A stretch of 64,000 nucleotides of DNA from an uncultured delta proteobacterium. GTDB taxonomy: Bacteria; Desulfobacterota; Syntrophobacteria; Syntrophobacterales; Syntrophobacteraceae. How positions within the stretch are numbered: position 1 is the stretch's first letter; each line of letters begins with the position of its first letter. The position numbers and the translations under genes were made by a program. The notes below the pieces were generated by a model. The model saw nothing but the letters and a program-made list of their open reading frames with translations, had not been told where the DNA came from and made no database searches. Shown here piece by piece: positions 22,576 to 34,048 of this stretch. The stretch covers positions 64,001 through 128,000 of the forward strand of contig CAWEHK010000051.1 of NCBI GenBank assembly GCA_963808625.1, given 5' to 3'.

Positions 22576-24056
22576 GATGCTTGCCGTAATCGTTTTCATT
22601 TGCGGTGCCGCGGTGATGGTTCTGGAGATCGTAGGATCGCGCATCCTCGCTCCCTATCTGGGGTCATCCATCATCGTCTGGTCGAGCTTGATCGGGATTG
22701 TCCTGGGGTCGCTGAGTCTCGGCTCCTGGTGGGGAGGAAAACTTGCCGACCGGAACCCGAGCTATCGGGCTTTGGCCTTCATCATTTTTCTCGCCGCCGT
22801 CTTTACCGCCGCCATCGCCTTTTCTAAAGCTTCCACCCTGGACACCCTGCAGCACTACGCAGGAAGTATCCATCTGGCATCATCCCTGGCAACGCTCATC
22901 CTTTTTGCTCCGCCGAGCGTCCTGCTTGGTATGGTACCCCCTTACGCCGTCCGGCTGAAGATCAGGGATCTTCAGGAAGCCGGCCGGACCGTCGGAGGAT
23001 TGTATGCGATCTCCAGCGTGGGCAGCATCTTCGGGACCTTCCTGACAGGTTTTGTGCTGATTGCTTCCTTCGGAAGCACAAATATCCTCTTTATCCTGGC
23101 CCTCGTGCTTGCCTTGACCTCACTGTTGGCATCATGGCGAGACCGGCTCATGAAGATTGCCGGGAATGGTCCTGTTGATCGGGTTCTGGGCCGGTGTACA
23201 AGGCTATGAAGCCTATCTTGCCGACCTCGGTTTTCACGATATCGATACCCGGTACAGCCGGATCTTCATTTACCCTTCCGCCAAAGAGCAAACCGGAGAA
23301 CCCATCCGGGTCATGGCCACTCATCCAAAAGCGGTGCAATCGGCCATGTACCTCGCCGACCCGATTGCGCTGGCTGTTGATTATATTAAATATTATCAAA
23401 TGGTTACGCATTTCAAACCCGACATGAAGAACTTGTTGATGCTGGGAGGCGGCGGCTATTCCTTCCCCAAATTTGCTTTGGCTCAATACCCTGAAGTACA
23501 GATGGATGTGGTGGAGCTCGATCCGGAGGTGACGGCACTGGCCAGAAGATTCTTTGCTCTCGCAGACAATCCGAGACTCTCGATCTTCCACGAAGATGCC
23601 AGATGTTTCCTCAATGAACAGAGGAAGAAATATGATGTCATCCTCGGCGATGCTTTCGGTTCGCATTATTCCATTCCGTTCCATCTGAGCACCATCGAAG
23701 CCGTCACCGGGATGTATGATGCACTCGTTGACGACGGCTTGGTTCTGGTAAACATTCTCGGCGCTCTCGAGGGCGATGCGGGACGCTTCTTGAGAGCGGA
23801 ACATGCGACATTTAAATCCGTATTCCCTTGGGTGTACCTTTTTCCTGTTGCCGATCCCGCCGATAGCCGGAGGTGGCAGAACATCATGTTAGTTGCGCTT
23901 AAGGGAAGGTCAGAGCCTTGCCTCAAGAGTGACGATACGGTGCTCGCGCAGCTGCTGTCCCATCTTTGGGCAGGTCCCACCGTCGAAGACCTTCCGCCTC
24001 TGAGGGATGATTACGCTCCGGTGGACTATTACGCTTCACTGCTTAAGTGGTACTAA
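22571..24056 (+). CDS. Fused membrane/spermidine synthase-like methyltransferase; frameshift near 23160
   Basis: N-terminal TM domain (VMVLEIVGSRILAPYLGSS) plus SAM-binding domain (LMLGGGGYS, VVELDPEV, HEDAR, YDVILGDAF). Confidence 0.88.
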
Positions 24057-24066
24057 CTTTTCGTTG

Positions 24067-24082
24067 TGTGAAAAACTTCATA
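24067..24082. promoter_or_regulatory. Possible Rex-like operator upstream of the fdh operon
   Basis: TGTGAA-AAAC-TTCATA imperfect palindrome; related half-site CGAAACATTTCACAAA near 24261. Confidence 0.3.
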
Positions 24083-24385
24083 TTAATACTCGCCAATGCG
24101 CATTGGTTCATCTTCCGATCCCGGCGATTTCTCTCAAACGATCATTGACAATTCCTTGAGAATTAGAGTATTGCTGTATTGTGCAAAGGGAATGGTTTTT
24201 TTATCTCGCCAGGTGATTGCGGAATGAGCCTTTAGAATGACTTACTTTTTGCCGGCCTACCGAAACATTTCACAAAGCAAGGAGGTGTACCCCAGTCGAG
24301 AACTGTATTGCGCTGATTTCTGGAAATCCTTTTCGAATTCAATTGGTTAACACTTACTAGAGCCAACCTTTTGAGGACAAAGAGT

Positions 24386-27300
24386 ATGAAGCTGACACGA
24401 CGAAATTTCCTCAAAATCTCTGGTGCAGCCACTGCGGGTCTTGCCGTGGGGGGATTGGGATTCAATCTCACCCCGGTACAGGCCTACTCGGGGCAGTTGC
24501 GCACCAAGGATGCCAAGGAAACACCGACCATTTGCTGCTACTGTGCGGTAGGGTGCGGGATCATCTGCCACACCGACGCAAAGACCGGCAAGGTTATTTA
24601 CACCGAAGGGGATGCCGATCATCCCATCAACGAGGGCGCCCTGTGCGCAAAGGGGGCTTCCCATTATCAGACTCGCCCAGAACCCCAAACGCATCACCAA
24701 GGTGCTGTACCGGGCACCCAACAGCGACAAGTGGCAGGAAAAGAGCTGGGACTGGGCCCTCAAAGAGATTGCCGAGCGCGTCAAGAAGACCCGCGACGCC
24801 ACTTTCACCGCCAAGAACGACAAGGGACAGGTGGTCAACCGCTGCAACGGGATCGCTTCGGTGGGCAGCGCCGCCATGGACAATGAGGAATGCTGGATCT
24901 ACCAGGCCATGCTGCGTGCTCTCGGACTGGTTTACATCGAACACCAGGCCCGTATCTGACACAGCCCAACTGTAGCGGCTCTGGCAGAGTCGTTTGGACG
25001 CGGCGCAATGACCAATCACTGGATCGACCTTGCAAACAGTGATTGCATCCTGATCATGGGCAGCAATGCTGCCGAAAACCATCCCATTTCCTTCCGCTGG
25101 GTAATGAAGGCCAAGGACAGCGGCGGTATCGTCATCCACGTGGATCCCCGCTTCACCCGAACCTCCACCAAGGCGGATATCTATGCTCCGCTTCGCTCCG
25201 GAACCGACATTGCCTTCCTGGGCGGGATGATCAAGTACATCTTCGAGAATAACAAGTACTTCAAGGATTATGTCGTTAACTACACCAATGCCAGCTACAT
25301 CGTGGGCGAGAAGTACGATTTCAAGGACGGTCTCTTCTCCGGCTTCGACGCTCAAAAGCGCTCCTACGACAATACTCAGTGGGCTTTCGTCATCGAGGAA
25401 AACGGCCTCCCCAAGAAGGACCCGACCCTTCAGGATCCCCGTTGTGTGTTTCAGTTGCTGAAAAAGCACTACTCCCGCTACACTCCGGAAATGGTTTCCG
25501 CCGTCACCGGGACCCCCAAGGCTGACCTGCTCAAGGTCTATGAGGCCTACAGCGCCACCGGCGTTCCCGACAAGGCCGGAACCATCATGTATGCCATGGG
25601 CTTCTGCCAGCATACGGTCGGGGTCCAGAACATTCGGGCCATGGCCATGATTCAGCTGCTCCTTGGTAACATGGGAATCGCCGGAGGCGGGGTGAACGCT
25701 CTCCGCGGCGAGTCCAATGTGCAGGGTTCAACCGATGCCGGCCTTCTCTTCCATATTTGGCCGGGTTATTTGCCGGTGCCAACGGCGTCGGTCACCAGTC
25801 TTGCCGAATACAACAAGAAGTTCACCCCCGTCTCCAAGGACCCCCTCAGTGCCAACTGGTGGCAGAACCGCCCGAAGTACGTGGCGAGCTTTCTCAAAAC
25901 CATGTTTGGCGACGCTGCTCAGCCGGAAAACGAATTCTGCTACAGCTGGATGCCGAAGCCTGAGGATGGCAAGGCCTACAGCTGGCTGGATCTCTTCGAC
26001 GTCATGTACCGCAAAGAGCTCAAGGGGTTTTTCTCCTGGGGACAGAACCCGGCCTGCAGCGGCGGGAATTCCAACAAAACCCGGGAAGCCCTGACCAACC
26101 TCGACTGGATGGTGGTGGTGAATCTCTTCGACAACGAGACCGCATCCTTCTGGAAGGGACCGGGCATGGACCCGAAGAAGATCAAGACCGAGGTCTTCTT
26201 CCTGCCCTGTGCGGCATCCATGGAAAAAGAGGGCTCCATCTCCAACAGCGGCCGGTGGGCTCAGTGGCGTTACAAGGCCCAGAATCCGGTGGGTCAGGCG
26301 AAGCCGGACGGCGATATCATCTTCGAGCTCTTTAATGAAATCCGCAACCTCTACAAAAAACCCGGCGGGGCTTTCCCCGATCCGATCATGAAGTTGAATT
26401 GGAATTATGCCACCAACCACGCCTTCGATCCTCACCTGGTGGCAAAAGCCATCAACGGTTACTTCACCAAGGACGTGACCATTGGCGACAAGACCTACAA
26501 GAAGGGCGACCTGGTCCCCGCCTTTGCCATGCTCAAAGATGATGGGTCTACTTCCTGCGGCACCTGGATCTATTGCCAGAGCTACAACCAGGATGGCAAC
26601 AACATGGCCCGCCGTGACAAGGCCGATGACAGCGGCATCATGCTCTATCCGAAGTGGGCCTGGGCCTGGCCGGTCAATCGAAGGATCATTTACAATCGCG
26701 CTTCGGTTGACCCGACAGGAAAACCATGGAACCCGAAAAAACCCGTCATTGAATTCGTGGGTGAAGTCAAAGACGGCAAGTACACCACCCAGAAATGGAA
26801 AGGCGACATCCCCGATGGTCCCTGGTATCCTTTGAAGAACCCGGACGGCACCCCTCGCGAAGACGGGAAACTTCCGTTTATTATGAAAACCGACGGGATG
26901 GGAGCGCTTTTCGGACCGGGACTCAAGGATGGACCTTTCCCCGAGCACTATGAGCCCCTCGAGTGCCCGGTGGAAAAGAACCCGTTCAGTGCGCAGCTGA
27001 ACAATCCCGTAGCGGTGAGCTTCACCACGTCCAAGGACGCCATCAAGACCTGCGATCCGCGTTTTCCGTTTGTGTGCACCACCTACCGCGTCACCGAACA
27101 CTGGCAGACGGGCGTGCTGACGCGCTGGCTGCCCTGGCTGATCGAGGCCGAACCCCAGATGTTTGTGGAGATGAGTGAAGAACTGGCAAAGAATCGCAAC
27201 ATCCAAAACGGGGAGAAGGTGATTGTGGAGTCACCGCGAGGCTCGCTCGAGGCGGTTGCGATTGTGACCAAGCGCTTCAAGCCTTTCAAGATCGGCGATC

Positions 27301-27458
27301 AGGAAGTCCATGAGATAGGCATTCCATGGCATTTTGGCTGGGTTTGGCCCGCCGAGGGAGGAGAGAGCGCCAACCTGCTGACTCCTGCCGTCGGAGACCC
27401 CAATACCAGGATCCCTGAGAGCAAGGCTTTTATGGCAAATGTGCGGAAGAAAGGTTAA
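24386..27458 (+). CDS. fdnG: Formate dehydrogenase alpha subunit; Tat-exported selenoprotein (Sec UGA at 24957-24959); frameshift near 24660
   Basis: TRRNFLK Tat motif; CCYCAVGC...C [4Fe-4S] motif; IEHQARI-UGA-HSPTVAAL; RGESNVQG; molybdopterin-binding C-terminus. Confidence 0.95.
24960..24994 (+). promoter_or_regulatory. Bacterial SECIS element
   Basis: Hairpin GCGGCTCT-GGC-AGAGTCGT with a G-containing apical loop about 23 nt after the in-frame UGA. Confidence 0.8.
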
Positions 27459-27461
27459 GTC

Positions 27462-28193
27462 ATGGCTGGAAAAAGCTTTTTCATAGACACGACACGTTGC
27501 ACGGCCTGCCGAGGTTGCCAGGTAGCCTGTAAGAACTGGAACCAGAACGGGGCCTCAATGACCAAGAATACAGGAAGCCATCAGAATCCGCCCGATTTGG
27601 ATGGCAACACCTTTAAACTCGTTCGCTTCAGCGAGGTGGAAGCGGAGGGCAAAGTAGATTGGTATTTCTTCGCCGATCAGTGCCGCCACTGTCTGGAACC
27701 CCCCTGCAAGGATGCCATAGGGGGGTATGAAAGTGAAGGTGCGGTGCAGGATGAAGCCACCGGGGCCGTCTATTACACGGCCAAGGCCAAGGAAGCTCCT
27801 TTTGATGAAGTCAGGACTTCATGCCCGTACGACATTCCCAGGCAGGCAGCCGACGGCCGCGTGGTGAAATGCACCATGTGCATCGACCGGATCAGCAATG
27901 GCTTGATCCCCGCCTGTGTCAAGATCTGTCCCACGGGGGCCATGAACTTTGGCGACCGGGATGCGATGCTGGCCATGGCCAATGAACGGCTGGAAAAACT
28001 GAAAGGCAAATACTCGAAGGCCCAGCTTCTCGACGCCGATCAAGTACGGGTAATCTACCTGGTGGTCGACGATCCCAGGAAGTATTGGAAGAACGCTATC
28101 GCCAGCTCGAATCACGGCATCGTGCACAAACTGGCCGCGCGATTTTTGCGCAGGCCGGCCCACGAACAGGCGCGGCCCGCTGTCGTCGGATAG
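27462..28193 (+). CDS. fdnH: Formate dehydrogenase iron-sulfur (beta) subunit
   Basis: CTACRGCQVAC, CRHCLEPPC, CPYDIP, CTMCIDR...CVKICP. Confidence 0.92.
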   Translation: MAGKSFFIDTTRCTACRGCQVACKNWNQNGASMTKNTGSHQNPPDLDGNTFKLVRFSEVEAEGKVDWYFFADQCRHCLEPPCKDAIGGYESEGAVQDEATGAVYYTAKAKEAPFDEVRTSCPYDIPRQAADGRVVKCTMCIDRISNGLIPACVKICPTGAMNFGDRDAMLAMANERLEKLKGKYSKAQLLDADQVRVIYLVVDDPRKYWKNAIASSNHGIVHKLAARFLRRPAHEQARPAVVG

Positions 28194-28252
28194 GGAGGCG
28201 AAGAAGCTGTCTTCATTTTTTGTCGTTAGCCCGTAACACGGCAATCTCCGGG

Positions 28253-28283
28253 AGGGAAGCTGAGCGAGTTCAGCTTCCCTTTT
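28253..28283 (+). terminator. Hairpin/terminator between fdnH and fdhE
   Basis: AGGGAAGCTGA-GCGAGT-TCAGCTTCCCT followed by TTT. Confidence 0.55.
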
Positions 28284-28305
28284 CCGGTATTAGGAAAGGA
28301 CTTAG

Positions 28306-29211
28306 TTGAATACCGATACCAGGGAAATATACGAGAAGATCAAGCAGAGCTTTGCGCTGGCAAGAACTGAGAAATCTGCATATGAGGAATTTTATCCCTT
28401 CCTCGAGGCCCTGTTTTTGATCCAGGCCGCGCTCAAGGGCTCGCTCAAGCTTCTCCCACCGGAGCTTTCATCCGATCTGGTTCAAACCAAATGGGCTGAA
28501 GGGTTCCCGCTGCTCCGACGCTGGGAATTTCCGGTGGATGTCGAAGCCGCCGAGACGATCCTGACGCAGGTGAGGGGTCACATTCCCGAGGCGAACTACG
28601 CCTTCCGGGATGCGCATGCAGCTTTAAGACAGGCCCTCGATCGCCCCGCCGATCAAAAGACGGCAATCTGGCAAAGTTTCCTCGAACATGACTGGGACCC
28701 CTGGGAAGAATGGGTGATGACAGAAGGCATTGACATGTCGTCTTTGCTCTTTCTGGCCAGAAGCTGCCTTCGCCCCTCGCTGGATTGGGTCGCAGAAGAG
28801 ATTGCGCGACGGTTCCCTATTCCTGATACCTGGCTCAAAGGTTATTGTCCCATTTGCGGCTCCCTTCCGGCGCTGCTTTTTCTGCAGGGCGAGGGTGAGC
28901 GGAAGGGATATTGTTCATGGTGCGGAACGATTTGGGGGATGCATCGACTCCAGTGCCCCTCCTGTGATAATCGCCTTCATGAATCCCTCGGATACTTCCA
29001 GGTCGAGGGCGAACCCCAGTATCGGGTTAACTATTGCAGGCTGTGTAAGAGTTATTTTAAAATGATTGACACGAGGGAGCGGTTGGATTTTCCTTACCTG
29101 CCCCTCGAGGAGTGGACTACCCTGCATCTCGACCTGCTCGCCCAGAAGGACGGCTGGCAACAGCCCGCGTCTCCTTCGCCAGCAGTCTATTCGGAGTTAC
29201 GCGCAGAATAG
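28306..29211 (+). CDS. fdhE: Formate dehydrogenase accessory protein FdhE
   Basis: CPICGS, CSWCG, CPSC and CRLCKSYFK motifs; TLHLDLLA. Confidence 0.9.
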   Translation: MNTDTREIYEKIKQSFALARTEKSAYEEFYPFLEALFLIQAALKGSLKLLPPELSSDLVQTKWAEGFPLLRRWEFPVDVEAAETILTQVRGHIPEANYAFRDAHAALRQALDRPADQKTAIWQSFLEHDWDPWEEWVMTEGIDMSSLLFLARSCLRPSLDWVAEEIARRFPIPDTWLKGYCPICGSLPALLFLQGEGERKGYCSWCGTIWGMHRLQCPSCDNRLHESLGYFQVEGEPQYRVNYCRLCKSYFKMIDTRERLDFPYLPLEEWTTLHLDLLAQKDGWQQPASPSPAVYSELRAE

Positions 29212-29298
29212 TCGTCGCCCGTAAAGGACCAGTGATCGCTGTTCATAAAATGAGCTCACCACCTTCAACTTGAGCAAGGTGGGCTCAGGCCCGCGGAG

Positions 29299-30597
29299 TT
29301 GCCAGTGAAAAGACGAGCGCGAGCGATTCTAGGCGCCTTGATATGCTTTTGTTCGGCATGGTCCTGCGGCCAGACCCGCGATGCCACTATTTCCTATGAG
29401 CCCCCCCCCGGCGTGACTGACCACGAAATTGTCCTCGGCTCGTCGCTCCCTCTTACTGGTCATGCCAGCTATCTGGGCATCGAGACTTTCCAAGGTTACA
29501 TGTCCTATCTTCGTCAGGTCAACGATAATGGTGGGATCCACGGACGCAGAATCAGGGTGATCCCCTATGACGACAGCTATGACCCTCCGATGTGCCTGGT
29601 GAACACGCAGCGCTTTATCGTGGAGGATCAGGTTTTTGCTCTCTTCAGTTACGTCGGAACGCCAACAACCCTCAAGGCTCTTCCCCTTGTGTCGGGGGCC
29701 AGGGTCCCACTCCTTGGTGCGTTCACCGGCGCCCATGCGCTGCGTGAACCGCTCAGCCGCTACGTCATTAACATTCGGGCCTCTTACTATCAGGAAACAA
29801 GAGTTGCCATCCGCCATCTCGTAGAAGATCTTGGCATCAGCAAGATTGCCGTATTTTACCAGTATGATGCCTTTGGTTTCGATGGCCTCACCGGGGTGGA
29901 CCTTGCACTCAAAGATTTGGGCATGGTTCCCGTCGCCAGGGCATCTTATGCGCGCGGAACCTCCGATATCGACAAAGGGCTGGACCGGATCAAGGCGTCG
30001 GAGGCCGAGGCCGTCGTCATGATCGCCACCTACGAACCCTGTGCAAACTTCATCACTCTCGCCAATCAGCGGGGATTCAACCCGATTTTTGTCGCCGGTT
30101 CTTACGTGGGAGCGGAAGAATTGGCTCGTCGGCTCGCCCCGGATGCGAACGCGAACGTCATCACATCTCACGTTGTGCCTCCCCTGGAAGGAACCGAATC
30201 TTTGGCTCTGCTCGGCAGCACCTCGGAATACCTGGTGCTGCTCGCCCGCTATTTTCCCGGAGCCAAACCCAACGCTGTCGGATTGGAAGGTTACATCAAC
30301 GCGCGGGTCCTGGTCGAAGGATTGCAGCGCACCGGAAGAGAACTGACACGGGAGGGCTTCATCGACGTCATCGAGTCCATGCAGCATTACCCTCTGGCAA
30401 CAGACCTGATCATTTCTTACAGCCCGACCGATCATCAGGGACTTGACAGCGTTTATTTCACCCACCTTGAAAACGGTCGTTTCGTCCTCATTGAGGACTG
30501 GGAAACGATCAGGGAGGCTCATAAGCGGAGAGGTGCCATCCATGACCCCCCTGCGGGCACATCGGACAATGCTGGAATTCATGAAAAGATTCAGTGA
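29299..30597 (+). CDS. Periplasmic ligand-binding protein (LivJ/branched-chain type), probably a sensor partner
   Basis: PGVTDHEIVLGSSLPLTG, GGIHGRRI, YDDSYDP, YVGTPT; overlaps the kinase gene; no ABC permease genes nearby. Confidence 0.85.
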   Translation: MPVKRRARAILGALICFCSAWSCGQTRDATISYEPPPGVTDHEIVLGSSLPLTGHASYLGIETFQGYMSYLRQVNDNGGIHGRRIRVIPYDDSYDPPMCLVNTQRFIVEDQVFALFSYVGTPTTLKALPLVSGARVPLLGAFTGAHALREPLSRYVINIRASYYQETRVAIRHLVEDLGISKIAVFYQYDAFGFDGLTGVDLALKDLGMVPVARASYARGTSDIDKGLDRIKASEAEAVVMIATYEPCANFITLANQRGFNPIFVAGSYVGAEELARRLAPDANANVITSHVVPPLEGTESLALLGSTSEYLVLLARYFPGAKPNAVGLEGYINARVLVEGLQRTGRELTREGFIDVIESMQHYPLATDLIISYSPTDHQGLDSVYFTHLENGRFVLIEDWETIREAHKRRGAIHDPPAGTSDNAGIHEKIQ

Positions 30598-32581
30598 CAT
30601 CAGTCTGAAGAACAAGATCTTTTTTTCGATCCTGGCGGTGATTCTTATCATCAGTGCCGCCATCGCCTTCCTGGCCAGGTGGATCCTCATCTCCGGCCTC
30701 CTTGCCGAGCTCGAATTGCGGGGCTTTGCGATTGCACGAACCATTGCCGAACAAAGCAGCGAGTATGTTCTTAATAAGAACTACCCGCAGTTGTTGAGTC
30801 TGATCTTCGATGAGGCACAGGTCGAGGAGCGCAGGTATCTCGTCGATTACATCTTCATTGCAGATCAAGAGAACGGAGTGCTCAGCCACACCTTCACGCA
30901 TCCCCTCCCCGACGACTTGCGTCTTGCCAACCAGATCCCTACCACCGCAAAGAAAAGTGTGAAGCTCATCGCGGTTGACAAACAGGCGGTTTACGATATC
31001 GCGCTGCCCATCAACGAGGGTCTTTACCGCATCGGCACGGTACATGTGGGTTTGAACAAGGGAAACATCGACAACCTTGTTTCCAAACTGCGGTTTACGT
31101 TTCTGGGTTTCATCTCGCTGGTGATCGTGATCGTATTCATTGTGAGCCACAGGATAGCCAAGTACATCACGAGACCCATCTCGAGACTGACGGAGATTTC
31201 GGACGAGCTCAGTCGTGGCAATTTCGACATCGAACTGGATCATGGGAGTGCGCCGGTTGGGTGGGAGTCGTCGGATTGCCCGGCCTACGTCAATTCGGAC
31301 ATCCGCTGCTCATACCTCGATGGTTCCCCTGGTTCCGGCAAAGGTCTCCAAAGTACCACGCCGACCGATATGCTGATCTGCCAGCAGTGTGTGTTTTACC
31401 AAAAGCGCGAGGGCGATGAAGTAGCCCAGCTTGCTGATTCTTTCCGCAACATGGTCTGGAGTATCAAGCTCTATCGCCGGCGGTTGTATGAATCCGAAGA
31501 GAAATACCGTTCCTTGTTCGACAACGGTCCGGATGCCGTTTTTTTAGTGGACAGCAACACTCTTGGCATCATCGACGCCAATCCTCGAGCCGTGGAACTT
31601 TATGGCTATGCGAAGAGCGAATTGCTGACCAGGTCGTTCCTCGAATTGGGATCCGCTCCCGGCGAAAGTCTCGGGATAGCTTCCGCCAAGGAGACGGATG
31701 ATCTGGGTTGCGTCTTCTACCAAAAGGTGCTCCAGCACAAGAAAGGTGATACACCCTTTTTCGTTAATCTTCATGCCTGCCACATCAGTCTCAAGGGCAA
31801 ACCGATTATTGTTGTCGCGGTTACGGACATCACGGAAATAGTGGAAAAAGAAACGCAGCTGATCCAGGCGAGTAAGATGAAATCTCTCGGCGAGATGTCT
31901 GCAGGGATCGCTCATGAGCTTAACCAACCGCTTAACGCGATAAAGATGGGGAGTGATTTCCTGATCATGATGACAGAAGGAAACCTGGAAATTCCTAAAA
32001 ACCAGCTCCAGACGGTGGCAACGGAGATGAGTATCCAGGTGGACCGGGCTGCTGAGATTATCAAAACCTTGCGGGCATTCGGCAGAAAGGCCGGCTTGAC
32101 TAAAGAAAAGGTTGATATCAATAAAGCTGTGCGCGGCGTTTTCTCGATTGTGGGCAGGCAGTTGGAGCTTGAGAACATCACCATCCGGCTGGAGCTTGCG
32201 GAAGCGATATCCCCGATTCTTGCCCACGAAAATCGCCTCCAGCAGGTTTTTTTCAATCTGGTGGTTAACGCCCGCGATGCCATCAGGGCACAAAATGAGA
32301 CATCATCGCGGACCACGGGAGGGCTTATCACCATCCGCAGCTATGAGTCGGGCAGGCAGGTTGTGGTGGAAATCCGCGACAGCGGCACGGGAATCCAAGA
32401 GGCAGTCCGGGACAAGATTTTTGAACCCTTCTTCACGACCAAGGAGGCCAGCCAGTGCATGGGGCTGGGCCTGGCCATAACCTACGGAATCGTGAAAGAC
32501 TACGGCGGTGACATTCAGGTCCTGGGGCGCGAGGGAGAGGGTGCCACTTTCGTGGTAAACTTTCCCTCTGTTGCCTGCTAG
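30581..32581 (+). CDS. Sensor histidine kinase (2 TM, HAMP with Cys-rich insert, PAS, HisKA, HATPase)
   Basis: GIAHELNQPL H-box, QVFFNLVVNARDA, DSGTGI, FEPFFTTK, GLGLAI. Confidence 0.92.
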   Translation: MKRFSDISLKNKIFFSILAVILIISAAIAFLARWILISGLLAELELRGFAIARTIAEQSSEYVLNKNYPQLLSLIFDEAQVEERRYLVDYIFIADQENGVLSHTFTHPLPDDLRLANQIPTTAKKSVKLIAVDKQAVYDIALPINEGLYRIGTVHVGLNKGNIDNLVSKLRFTFLGFISLVIVIVFIVSHRIAKYITRPISRLTEISDELSRGNFDIELDHGSAPVGWESSDCPAYVNSDIRCSYLDGSPGSGKGLQSTTPTDMLICQQCVFYQKREGDEVAQLADSFRNMVWSIKLYRRRLYESEEKYRSLFDNGPDAVFLVDSNTLGIIDANPRAVELYGYAKSELLTRSFLELGSAPGESLGIASAKETDDLGCVFYQKVLQHKKGDTPFFVNLHACHISLKGKPIIVVAVTDITEIVEKETQLIQASKMKSLGEMSAGIAHELNQPLNAIKMGSDFLIMMTEGNLEIPKNQLQTVATEMSIQVDRAAEIIKTLRAFGRKAGLTKEKVDINKAVRGVFSIVGRQLELENITIRLELAEAISPILAHENRLQQVFFNLVVNARDAIRAQNETSSRTTGGLITIRSYESGRQVVVEIRDSGTGIQEAVRDKIFEPFFTTKEASQCMGLGLAITYGIVKDYGGDIQVLGREGEGATFVVNFPSVAC

Positions 32582-32599
32582 GAGATGGCACCGCTGTTG

Positions 32600-32704
32600 A
32601 ATTAAGGGATTGAGGGATTTAGGAATTGGGGAATTCTTACGCCGCAAGACAGAGATTATCCTGGTTTGGCAAACTTAATCCCTGAATCCCTCCATTCCTA
32701 AATT
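32600..32704. repeat. Octamer-periodic inverted repeat between kinase and response regulator
   Basis: TTAAGGGATTGAGGGATTTAGGAATTGGGGAATT ... AATCCCTGAATCCCTCCATTCCTAAATT. Confidence 0.65.
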
Positions 32705-32739
32705 GTTAATTCAGCAGTATTGGGGGAGACGGAGCGTGC

Positions 32740-33456
32740 ATGGAAAAGATACTGATCATCGATGATGAAAAACCGACCTTGACGATGTTCGACCTCACTC
32801 TGAGCGCCCTCGGCTATATGGTATTCACAGCTGAAAACGGACAGGAAGGGATCGCGAGTTTCGAACGGGAAAGGCCGCCCCTGGTCATCACTGATATCAA
32901 GATGCCAGGCATGGATGGGATCGAAGTATTGAGGCGCATCAAAGAGATCGATGCCAAGACGGAGGTCATCATCGTTACCGGCCACGGTGACATGGATCTC
33001 GCCATCAGGGCCCTCAACCTCAACGCTACGGACTTCATCAACAAACCGATCCAGCGTCGGTCTCTCGAACAGGCATTAAAAAGGGCCAAGGAGCGCATCG
33101 AGCTTCTCCGGAGCAGGGAAAGCCAGGTTGCATTGGAGCTGCGGGACAGCGTCGCAATTATCCGCATCCAGGGGAACGTCACATCCCATTCAGAACCCTC
33201 CCTGCAAGATGCCTGCAAAAAGGCTTTTGAGTTTAAGAAAGGTAAGATCATCCTGTACTTCGACCCTAATGCTTCGATCAACGGTGCAGGCATAGCCATT
33301 CTCACCCAACTCCTCCTGGAGGGGCAGAAGCAAGGATCCACCTTTGCCGTTGCCGGCTTATCGGATAACTTCAGGAAGGTTTTCAAGATTGTCGGGATTA
33401 CCGGACTGGCCAGAATGTTCGATTCCGAAGAGCAAGCTCTTGCGGAGTGGACATAA
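32740..33456 (+). CDS. Response regulator with C-terminal STAS (anti-anti-sigma-like) domain
   Basis: IIDDE, TDIKMPGMDG, FINKP; C-terminal IIRIQGNV...SINGAGIAIL...VFKIVGI. Confidence 0.88.
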   Translation: MEKILIIDDEKPTLTMFDLTLSALGYMVFTAENGQEGIASFERERPPLVITDIKMPGMDGIEVLRRIKEIDAKTEVIIVTGHGDMDLAIRALNLNATDFINKPIQRRSLEQALKRAKERIELLRSRESQVALELRDSVAIIRIQGNVTSHSEPSLQDACKKAFEFKKGKIILYFDPNASINGAGIAILTQLLLEGQKQGSTFAVAGLSDNFRKVFKIVGITGLARMFDSEEQALAEWT

Positions 33457-33481
33457 GTCCATTAAAGGAGACCTGATCGAT

Positions 33482-34045
33482 ATGAAAGGCAGATTACGAA
33501 CCACTCCCATTGCTTTCACAGTCATTATATTTTCCTTGTTCTTCCTTTTTCCCATGGCAGCTTTCCCGGCCGGCCCTCCCGAGAAAGGGGCAACCCTTCC
33601 TTCTTTTCAGCTTCCCGCTCCAACGCTTGAATCGGATATGAGCTATCTCGGATTGAAAGGAGCAACCTTCCGGCTTCAGGACATCAGTTGCCAGGTCCTT
33701 GTCATTGAAATCATTGGGGTCTATTGCGCACGCTGTTACCAGCAGGCACCCCTCTTCAATAAGCTCTTTACCCGGCTGAACCGGAAAGGTATGGGTGACA
33801 AAGTGAAAATGGTGGCGATCGCCGCGGGCGGGACCGCCAACGAGACCGAACATCTGCGAAAAACGGGCTCCTACGAATTCCCGGTCGTGAGCGATGAAAC
33901 GTATGCGGTACACAAACTCATGGGTGAGCCGCGTACCCCCTTTACCCTCCTGATTGACAGGAAGGGTAAGGTGCTCTTCACCCATCTCGGCGTCATCGAG
34001 GACGTGGACACCTTTTATCAGCAGATTGTGGAGCTGGTTAAATAA
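33482..34045 (+). CDS. TlpA/redoxin family thiol-disulfide protein
   Basis: Signal peptide, VYCARC (CxxC), PRTPFT cis-Pro loop. Confidence 0.8.
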   Translation: MKGRLRTTPIAFTVIIFSLFFLFPMAAFPAGPPEKGATLPSFQLPAPTLESDMSYLGLKGATFRLQDISCQVLVIEIIGVYCARCYQQAPLFNKLFTRLNRKGMGDKVKMVAIAAGGTANETEHLRKTGSYEFPVVSDETYAVHKLMGEPRTPFTLLIDRKGKVLFTHLGVIEDVDTFYQQIVELVK

Positions 34046-34048
34046 AAC

